Below, piece after piece: positions 28,069 through 34,987 of a stretch of 34,987 nucleotides of DNA (position 1 is its first letter; each line of letters starts with the position of its first letter). Both the position numbers and the translations under genes were made by a program. The notes under the pieces were generated by a model. That model was given only the letters and a program-made list of their open reading frames with translations. It had not been told where the DNA came from and did no database searches. Origin of the DNA: Verrucomicrobiota bacterium (lineage in GTDB: Bacteria > Verrucomicrobiota > Verrucomicrobiia > Methylacidiphilales > JBCBYL01); NCBI GenBank assembly GCA_039027415.1, contig JBCCKL010000003.1, forward strand, positions 1 to 34,987, in the 5' to 3' direction.

Positions 28069-29625
28069 CTAACTCTTCTTGCCCGCTCCAATCAATCCAA
28101 ATAAGAATGTCAGGAGACAGGTAAACGGAAACATCCATGCGTAAATGATCGCCATCTTCCAGCTACCTTTACCATCATCTACAATCCACGGAATCTCTAA
28201 TAGATCCGCAACGGAACACCATTCCAAATTAAGAGCAATCTGGTAGATATCCGGCCGGAAGCTTAAGGTTATCAGTACGGATGCCAGAACACCCGCCGTC
28301 AATGCTCCCATGTGAATCCTCTGATTCCGTAGCGCTAGAAACAATATACCCAATAACGGACCATAGGTATAGGACACCATACCAAAAGCGAGACTCACCA
28401 TATTCACATCATCTCGCATGGAATCGAGTCCTATGGCAAAAATAGCTAGAATAATACCCCAGACAATCACCAGTACTCGCGACCATTTCATGTCGTCAGG
28501 CTGTGCTTCGGTACCATTATTTTTCCGAAACAGTGATAGCGTCGTTTGCGATAGCGCGGTCAAAATTGAATCCAAGCTCGAGATCGCTGCTGCAAAGGCA
28601 CCTGCCAATACCAGACCAGATAGCCCGACCGGCAGCACTGTCGTGATCCACCCTGGAAAAATCGTATTCCCGTCCTCCTTAAATAGAGTCGCTAAGGCCT
28701 CGGATGGCGGGAAGGTCTGGTAATAAGCAAAAAGTGCTGAACCGACTAGCAACATCAATAATGTCACCACCTGGCTCACACTGCTCCAGATGATGGCTTT
28801 ACGCGCATCCGGTATATTGCGGCAACACAGCATCCGCTGAGCATTCAGCTGATCAGTCCCGAAGGCTGCCAGATTTTGGAATGGCATAGCCAGAATCCCA
28901 ACCCACAAGGTGAATTCCACTGCCGGGTCTGTGGCAAGATCCCTAAATACAAACTTCCCGGCACCCGACGAGACTTCCATCCACTCCGGAACACCACCGG
29001 GTAATACAGCCAATATCCAAACCAGCGCAAGCACTCCACCGAAGAGAAAAAGGAAAAACTGAACTACATCCGTCCAAATGACCGTTGCCATACCCCCCAT
29101 CAGTGTCCATCCAACTGCAAAGAGTGCGATGAAAACAATGCACCATTCAAAATCTACCCCTGTCACCGTCCGCAGAATCAGTGCTGTCACCAACACCCGG
29201 ACACTCTGACCCAAAACCGATCCCAGAAAAAATAGGACGGTCGTGATCCGTTTGGCTCCTTCACCCAACTGACCACCAATGTAGTCATAGGGACTGAAAA
29301 TTTCTTCTTTGTAGTAACGGGGGACCAGGTAGATGCCCACCAGCACTCGTGCTATGATGGATCCGATCGCCCACTGAATATAAGTAAAGTTCCCTGAAGC
29401 GGCATACACCATTGCAGGCACCCCAATAAATGTCAGTGCACTGATTTCGGTCGCAATGATGGAAGCCGATACTGCCGGCCATGGCAGAGATCGTCCCGCC
29501 CGAAAAAAATCATTAATGGTAGATTGTTTGCCGCGCAAGCGATGCCCGATCCAGGTCGTAAACACCAGATACGCTGCAACGACACCCCAGTCGATCCACG
29601 TAAACGAATCAGCCACCGAATTCAT
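28069..29625 (-). CDS. Sodium:solute symporter (SSS/SLC5) family transporter
   Basis: DFFRAGRSLPW, SIIATEISALTFIGVP, GGMATVIWTDVVQ, GTDQLNAQR and AAAISSLDS motifs; about 13 TMs. Confidence 0.95.
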   Translation of the reverse strand: MNSVADSFTWIDWGVVAAYLVFTTWIGHRLRGKQSTINDFFRAGRSLPWPAVSASIIATEISALTFIGVPAMVYAASGNFTYIQWAIGSIIARVLVGIYLVPRYYKEEIFSPYDYIGGQLGEGAKRITTVLFFLGSVLGQSVRVLVTALILRTVTGVDFEWCIVFIALFAVGWTLMGGMATVIWTDVVQFFLFLFGGVLALVWILAVLPGGVPEWMEVSSGAGKFVFRDLATDPAVEFTLWVGILAMPFQNLAAFGTDQLNAQRMLCCRNIPDARKAIIWSSVSQVVTLLMLLVGSALFAYYQTFPPSEALATLFKEDGNTIFPGWITTVLPVGLSGLVLAGAFAAAISSLDSILTALSQTTLSLFRKNNGTEAQPDDMKWSRVLVIVWGIILAIFAIGLDSMRDDVNMVSLAFGMVSYTYGPLLGILFLALRNQRIHMGALTAGVLASVLITLSFRPDIYQIALNLEWCSVADLLEIPWIVDDGKGSWKMAIIYAWMFPFTCLLTFLFGLIGAGKKS

Positions 29626-29657
29626 CAGGCTAAGCTAAAGATACTAGCCGAATATTC

Positions 29658-29732
29658 AACCACAGAGGATACAGAGAACACGGAGTATAAATATTTCTTA
29701 ATATCTCTGTGACCTCTGCGTCCTCTGTGGTT
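29658..29732. repeat. REP-like long hairpin built from 9-bp tandem units
   Basis: Left arm AACCACAGAGGATACAGAGAACACGGAG (29658-29685) matches the reverse complement of the right arm (29705-29732) at 23/28 positions; AT-rich 19-nt loop. Confidence 0.8.
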
Positions 29733-29743
29733 AAAACTTCTGT

Positions 29744-30523
29744 GTGAAATCAATTCAAGAATTGCGCGAGATCGTTGCCAAGCTCCGCTCCCCGGAAGGC
29801 TGCCCTTGGGATATTGAACAAACCCACCACTCGATCCGAACCCTGTTGCTGGAAGAATGCTATGAAACCATCGAAGCCATTGAGGAGGAAAATGATAAAC
29901 TATTACGCGAGGAACTGGGAGATGTGCTGCTGCACGTTGTCTTCCATGCTCAAATAGCGGAGGAACGCCAGGCATTTTCACTCGAAGATGTCACACAAGC
30001 CATCAATGAAAAATTAATTCGTCGCCACCCGCACGTTTTTGGTGAAGACCAATGCACCAATGCCGATGAGGTATTACAAAAGTGGGATGAACTCAAGAAA
30101 CAGGAAAAGCCGGAACGTGAAAGCCTGCTCGATGGCGTGCCCCCCATCCTGCCCGCTCTGATGCAGGCTAAGGAATATCAGAAAAAAGCTGCTAAAGCCG
30201 GCTTCGACTGGGATGACCCGAAAGGCGTATTACATAAAACCCGTGAGGAACTGAATGAACTGGAAGAGGCCTTATCTTCCAGAGAAGCAGATCATAATCA
30301 CATCCGGGAGGAAATTGGCGACCTGATCTTTTCTCTGGTCAACTTATCGCGCCATCTGAAAGTTGATGCCGAAGATGCCTGCCGCCAGACCAATAAAAAA
30401 TTCCGGACTCGCTTCTGTTACATGGAACAGCAACTTAAGGAGCAGGGCAAAGAAGTCCGTACAGCCTCACTCGATGAAATGGAAGTACTGTGGCAGGAAG
30501 CAAAGACTGTAACCGGTATTTAA
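29744..30523 (+). CDS. mazG: Nucleoside triphosphate pyrophosphohydrolase MazG
   Basis: LRSPEGCPWD, EECYE, EELGDVLLHVVFHAQIA, KLIRRHPHVFG, GFDW and EEIGDL motifs; tandem MazG domains. Confidence 0.97.
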   Translation: MKSIQELREIVAKLRSPEGCPWDIEQTHHSIRTLLLEECYETIEAIEEENDKLLREELGDVLLHVVFHAQIAEERQAFSLEDVTQAINEKLIRRHPHVFGEDQCTNADEVLQKWDELKKQEKPERESLLDGVPPILPALMQAKEYQKKAAKAGFDWDDPKGVLHKTREELNELEEALSSREADHNHIREEIGDLIFSLVNLSRHLKVDAEDACRQTNKKFRTRFCYMEQQLKEQGKEVRTASLDEMEVLWQEAKTVTGI

Positions 30524-30524
30524 T

Positions 30525-30971
30525 CTATCTGAGTAATCGTAAGGTCATGGGATAACGATAAAATTCACCTTCGTTCGCTTTTATCGTGGCTACAACCACA
30601 AAGATGAACCATATCAATGTGGCTACCGACACAACGAAGACGACCAGTAGCAGCAGCGGTATCCCTATAATAGCTGTAATCCAGAAGGCGATCAACATCA
30701 GCGCGAATCCAGCTACTCCTAATAAAAATAAAAGGACCAGCATGGCAGTAATCTGGAAATTAATCGATTCCTTAGCATGTGCCACAGTTTCAGGAACTTC
30801 ATCTTTCTTGATCTGCCAGATGATCAGCGGTCCGATAATATTACCAAAGGGAATTCCAACACAGGCACTCAAAGCAGTAAGGTGACAGAGCATACACCAC
30901 ATATTCCGATCTGACTGGGAGCCGGAAGATGTATTATGCGGAACGGAGGAGCTGTCGGATTCTGTTTCCAT
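30525..30971 (-). CDS. DUF4870 domain membrane protein
   Basis: WCMLCHL...GPLIIWQIKKD...HAKESINFQIT...KANEGEFYRYP. Likely start METESD at 30971. Confidence 0.92.
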   Translation of the reverse strand: METESDSSSVPHNTSSGSQSDRNMWCMLCHLTALSACVGIPFGNIIGPLIIWQIKKDEVPETVAHAKESINFQITAMLVLLFLLGVAGFALMLIAFWITAIIGIPLLLLVVFVVSVATLIWFIFVVVATIKANEGEFYRYPMTLRLLR

Positions 30972-31094
30972 ATCATAGAATTTAAGGCTTCCGGCGCTTA
31001 CTGACAATTATGATTCATCGCTCCGTTTATAATGACTTATATAAGCAAAATTCCCTCGACGTCATGATGCTGGAGTGGCGTACTGTCCACGCAT

Positions 31095-32414
31095 ATGGCT
31101 GAATCTGTAAATCGTGACTACTTTGAGGTAACCGGCAGGACTCCCCTGTGTGGGACCATTCAGCCTCAGGGGAATAAGAACGAAGCGATGCCCGTGCTAG
31201 CCGCCTGCTGCCTGACCGATGAACCGATGTTCATCGAAAATGTCCCGCCCATCGAAGATGTCCGCAAGGTGGAGGACATGCTGCAGCACCTCGGCGTGTC
31301 TATCGCCGCACGAGAAGGTGACCTACGTCAGACACTGACCATTCACGCTGAAAAGGATCCCAGCTCGGATCTGGCGGCAGAAATAGCTGGAAAATTGCGT
31401 GGATCTCTGACCTTTGCCGGGCCGCTACTCGCACGTTGTGGCCGTGTCATGCTGCGCCGACCCGGTGGAGATAAAATTGGCCGTCGCCGTTTGGACACTC
31501 ACTTTATGGCTTTAGAAGCGTTGGGAGTGCGGATTCGTGAGCTAGATGATGGCCTCGAGCTTAGAGCCAGAAAAATGAAGGGTGCCGACATCCTGCTGGA
31601 CGAAGCATCCGTAACCGCCACCGAGAATACGGTCATGGCTGCCGTTCTGGCAGAAGGAAAGACCACTATCCGCAATGCTGCCAGTGAACCACATGTTCAG
31701 GGTCTCTGCCGCCTGCTCATCAAAATGGGAGCCAAAATCAATGGTGTCGGATCCAACATTCTCGAAATTCAGGGCGTTAAAAAACTTAAAGGCTGTCGCT
31801 ATCGCATAGGTCCCGATTACCTCGAAGTCGGTAGCTTCATCTCGCTGGCAGCCTGTACTAAGGGAGAGATTCTGATCAAGGATGCCGATCTGCCCAATTT
31901 GCGCATGATCCGTATGAACTTCGAGCGGCTCGGAATTAAAACCATTTCGCAGGGACGCGACCTACTGGTGCCCGCGAAACAGAGCCGGAAAGTGCAAACT
32001 GACTTTGGGGGAGCCATTCCTAAAATTGATGATGCCCCGTGGCCAGGCTTTCCAGCGGATATGACCTCCGTAGCCCTGGTCACTGCTACCCAATGTCGGG
32101 GCACAGTGCTGATTCATGAAAAGATGTTTGAATCACGACTCTACTTTACAGACCCACTGATCAATATGGGAGCCGCCATCGTATTATGTGACCCGCACCG
32201 GGCGGTAGTCATTGGGCCAGAAAAACTGCGTAAGGCCCGGCTGGTCAGTCCAGATATTCGCGCCGGAATGGCCATGCTGATCGCAGCTCTATGTGCGGAC
32301 GGAACCTCAACCATTGAAAATGTACAGCAGATTGACCGCGGTTTTGCAGATATTGACATACGGCTACAAAAGCTCGGGGCTAAGATTACCCGCCACTCTT
32401 ACACCACAGAATAA
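31095..32414 (+). CDS. murA: UDP-N-acetylglucosamine 1-carboxyvinyltransferase (Asp-type active-site loop)
   Basis: [45 protein letters not shown] and IDRG motifs. Confidence 0.97.
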   Translation: MAESVNRDYFEVTGRTPLCGTIQPQGNKNEAMPVLAACCLTDEPMFIENVPPIEDVRKVEDMLQHLGVSIAAREGDLRQTLTIHAEKDPSSDLAAEIAGKLRGSLTFAGPLLARCGRVMLRRPGGDKIGRRRLDTHFMALEALGVRIRELDDGLELRARKMKGADILLDEASVTATENTVMAAVLAEGKTTIRNAASEPHVQGLCRLLIKMGAKINGVGSNILEIQGVKKLKGCRYRIGPDYLEVGSFISLAACTKGEILIKDADLPNLRMIRMNFERLGIKTISQGRDLLVPAKQSRKVQTDFGGAIPKIDDAPWPGFPADMTSVALVTATQCRGTVLIHEKMFESRLYFTDPLINMGAAIVLCDPHRAVVIGPEKLRKARLVSPDIRAGMAMLIAALCADGTSTIENVQQIDRGFADIDIRLQKLGAKITRHSYTTE

Positions 32415-32420
32415 GTAGCG

Positions 32421-33038
32421 ATGGATATCGAAGTCTATACCGGCGGAATCGCCCAAACAAATGCATACTTACTCAAGACTGATCAGGGGCATTGGTTGAT
32501 TGACGCACCAGAAGGTGCTCAGGAATTTTTAGCGGATGCAGATGCTAAGTTGGATGGCCTGATTCTCACCCACGGACACTTCGATCATCTCTGGGATGCC
32601 GGACCGATTATTGAACAAGAAGGCTGCACCAGCTACGGCCACAAGGATGATGATAAACTCTTCGCTAATCCTAATTTAATGTCCTCATTCGGAATTAATG
32701 CTGATCTTCATCCGGTATCCATTACGAATTACCTGGATCAGGGTGACAGCCTGATCTTAGGTCCCTATCACTTCGATATTTTACATTTACCAGGGCATTG
32801 TCCCGGTTCCATCGGACTTTACGAAAAAGCACAAGGTGTGCTGTTTGGCGGTGATGTCATCTTCGCGGGTGGCGGCATCGGCCGCTACGACCTACCCGGG
32901 GGAGATTTCGACGTGCTCATACAGTCCATTAAAGATAGAGTGATGCCCCTGCCTGAAGATACAGTTATATTCCCCGGCCACGGTCCGGCTACCACCATTA
33001 AGGACGAAAAATCTGCCAATCCGTTTTTGAATAAATAA
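32421..33038 (+). CDS. MBL-fold metallo-hydrolase (glyoxalase II/YcbL-like)
   Basis: THGHFDH, PGHCPG, GD...GIGRYDLPGGD and PGHGPATT motifs. Confidence 0.93.
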   Translation: MDIEVYTGGIAQTNAYLLKTDQGHWLIDAPEGAQEFLADADAKLDGLILTHGHFDHLWDAGPIIEQEGCTSYGHKDDDKLFANPNLMSSFGINADLHPVSITNYLDQGDSLILGPYHFDILHLPGHCPGSIGLYEKAQGVLFGGDVIFAGGGIGRYDLPGGDFDVLIQSIKDRVMPLPEDTVIFPGHGPATTIKDEKSANPFLNK

Positions 33039-33109
33039 AACCATTCGCGCGCAGAGTATAAAACGATAACAAGAAAGCCGGTTAAACCGGTAAGTGCGTT
33101 AAACACCTA

Positions 33110-34132
33110 TTAATCTAGCCAGCGATTCAATTGTTCTTGGACTTCACCGCTCTTGATCAGCTCCAATGCTCTGGATTCACCATCGCTAATCGAATCCACC
33201 GCCCCGTTAACCAGCAGACCGACTCCTGCATTGATGGCCAGCAGTTCACGTAAGGGGCCTGTATCTTCTCCAGCAAAAACACCCCTTAAACGTGCTGCGC
33301 TTTCTTCTGCACCATTAACAAGAAACTCATCTACTGGCTGCGATGTCATCCCGTAGATTTCACGATCTACGGTTTCACCATCCAACGCCCCCACCAGCCG
33401 TGTTGGCCCTATACTACTGACCTCCCCAATGGCACGGCCGTCGCCATCTTCTCCATAAACCACCAAATAACGCTTACGCCCCAACAGAGCCAGACTTTCT
33501 GAAAACAGACTCAAATACTCTTTACGGAATACACCGATCATCTGAGTATCCGGTGCACATGGGTTAAGTAATGGTCCAAGGAAATTAAAGATGGTCCTGC
33601 GACCTTCCGCTCCCAATTTTTTACGCACTGGAGCGATGTTTTTAAATGCGGGATGAAATGCAGGCGCAAAACAAAAAGCCATTCCCGCTCGCTTAAGCTC
33701 TACCGCTACTCCTGCTGGATCGGCATCCAAATCACGTCCTAGAGTTTCCAGCACATCCGCACTGCCGGACTTTTTCGTAATGCCGCGATTGCCATGTTTC
33801 ACGACAGGCACACCGGCCGCGGCTAAAATAAACATCAACGCCGTGGAGACATTAATCAAATCCAGCTTACCGCCGCCTGTACCACAGCAATCAAACAGTG
33901 CAGAACCACCAAAATCTCCCTTCAAGCCCGGATCGCAAGCACGCGGCAATAAGACATCAACAAATCCAGCCAATTCACCAGGAGTTTCACCTTTATCTGT
34001 CAAAGCAATGAGAAAATCTGCCTTTAGATCTTCACTGCACTCCGGATCGAGTAATTGCTCGACCGCCTGCGTACACTGCCCAGCATCAAGATCCTGTCCG
34101 GACCGACAGTGTTGTATGAGTAAATCTAGCAC
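33110..34132 (-). CDS. trpD: Anthranilate phosphoribosyltransferase
   Basis: KGET, DCCGTGG, NVST, KHGNR, SGSADVLE, FAPAFHPA and RTIFNFLGPLLNP motifs. Confidence 0.93.
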   Translation of the reverse strand: MLDLLIQHCRSGQDLDAGQCTQAVEQLLDPECSEDLKADFLIALTDKGETPGELAGFVDVLLPRACDPGLKGDFGGSALFDCCGTGGGKLDLINVSTALMFILAAAGVPVVKHGNRGITKKSGSADVLETLGRDLDADPAGVAVELKRAGMAFCFAPAFHPAFKNIAPVRKKLGAEGRRTIFNFLGPLLNPCAPDTQMIGVFRKEYLSLFSESLALLGRKRYLVVYGEDGDGRAIGEVSSIGPTRLVGALDGETVDREIYGMTSQPVDEFLVNGAEESAARLRGVFAGEDTGPLRELLAINAGVGLLVNGAVDSISDGESRALELIKSGEVQEQLNRWLD

Positions 34133-34138
34133 AGGATA

Positions 34139-34987
34139 CTACTCTCCTTCTTCAATATACGGTAGGAAACGCTGTTTATCGATAGACTTCATATAGGCTT
34201 CCCGTCCGTCCACGATCCCCTGTTTAAGAAAATGGTGAATAGAATCATCCATCTGCTGCATCCCGTCCGCTTTACCAGACTTGATTACGTCACCCAGTTT
34301 GATCGTTGCACCTTCACGAATGATTGCCGATACAGCATCATTGGCGACCAGAATTTCATTTACAGCCACTCGACCTCCATTATCACACCGTTTAAGCAGA
34401 AGTTGCGCCACCACCCCACGCAGTGAAGTGGATAGCATAGTACGAATCAGCTCCTGCTGGTCTGCCGGAAACGCATCAATCACACGGTCGATGGTCTTCA
34501 TCGCACTATTGGTATGTAACGTTCCAAAGACCAGCAAGCCGGTTTCCGCGGCCGTCAATGCTAGTGAGATCGTCTCCAGATCACGCATCTCCCCCACCAG
34601 GACCACATCCGCATCTTCACGCAGCGCAGCTTTCAATCCTTTGGGGAAATCAGGACTGTCCGTTGGCACCTCACGTTGCGTTATGATGCTCTTTAAATTT
34701 TCATGCACGAACTCGATTGGCTCTTCGATCGTGATGATATGCTTGGAGGTAGTGCGATTGATATAATTGATAATCGCTGCCAGCGTCGTGGATTTACCCG
34801 AACCCGTAGGTCCAGTCACCAGTACCAGACCGGAACGTAAATCACCGAATGTTTCAATCTTGGAAGGAACGCCCAACTCGGTGATGCTCTTGATCTTGGT
34901 TGGAATAAGCCGGAAAATAGCGCCATACCCGTTCGTATGCTTGTGGTAGTTACAACGAAAACGGGATGCAGCATTCATCTCATATGC
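34139..34987 (-). CDS. pilT: Type IV pilus retraction ATPase PilT/PilU family (5' end outside the window)
   Basis: Walker A GPTGSGKST, Asp box TIEEPIE, Walker B LVGEMRD, GTLHT and an AIRNLIRE-like AVSAIIRE. The frame stays open to the window edge. Confidence 0.92.
   Translation of the reverse strand, partial: AYEMNAASRFRCNYHKHTNGYGAIFRLIPTKIKSITELGVPSKIETFGDLRSGLVLVTGPTGSGKSTTLAAIINYINRTTSKHIITIEEPIEFVHENLKSIITQREVPTDSPDFPKGLKAALREDADVVLVGEMRDLETISLALTAAETGLLVFGTLHTNSAMKTIDRVIDAFPADQQELIRTMLSTSLRGVVAQLLLKRCDNGGRVAVNEILVANDAVSAIIREGATIKLGDVIKSGKADGMQQMDDSIHHFLKQGIVDGREAYMKSIDKQRFLPYIEEGE

Noticed and set aside
29658-29732. CRISPR array or tRNA
   Set aside because: Units are 9 bp without spacers and arranged as inverted arms; no cloverleaf or T-loop motif.
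29744-30523. MazG as part of a toxin-antitoxin or anti-phage module
   Set aside because: Full-length tandem-domain housekeeping type, with no mazEF or defence genes adjacent.
33077-33091. CCGGT-TAA-ACCGG hairpin between convergent genes as a terminator
   Set aside because: Only a 5-bp stem with a 3-nt loop and no U-tract.

Overview
Bacterial chromosomal segment of roughly balanced GC, tentatively from a Gram-negative PVC-type organism such as Verrucomicrobiota (weak inference from gene content and repeat style). The left ~20 kb is a patchwork of mostly secreted or membrane proteins. It includes two Tat-signal aldo/keto reductases, a divergent YceI/LysR pair, a transglutaminase-like cysteine protease, an XRE repressor operon with visible tandem operators, and a TPR / coiled-coil / SRPBCC cluster. 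Two neighbouring genes look broken: one by a homopolymer frameshift, one by an in-frame TAG. The centre holds a 2132-aa soluble protein with 2 GAF-like and about 12 PAS domains and no recognisable output domain; this is the best candidate for an undescribed system. The right end is housekeeping: a YdjM-like hydrolase, a sodium:solute symporter, mazG, DUF4870, murA with Asp at the fosfomycin-target Cys position, an MBL hydrolase, trpD with two acidic motif residues replaced by Gly, and a partial pilT. I saw no rRNA, tRNA, CRISPR array, integrase or transposase. All domain calls are from motif recognition by eye, not database searches.
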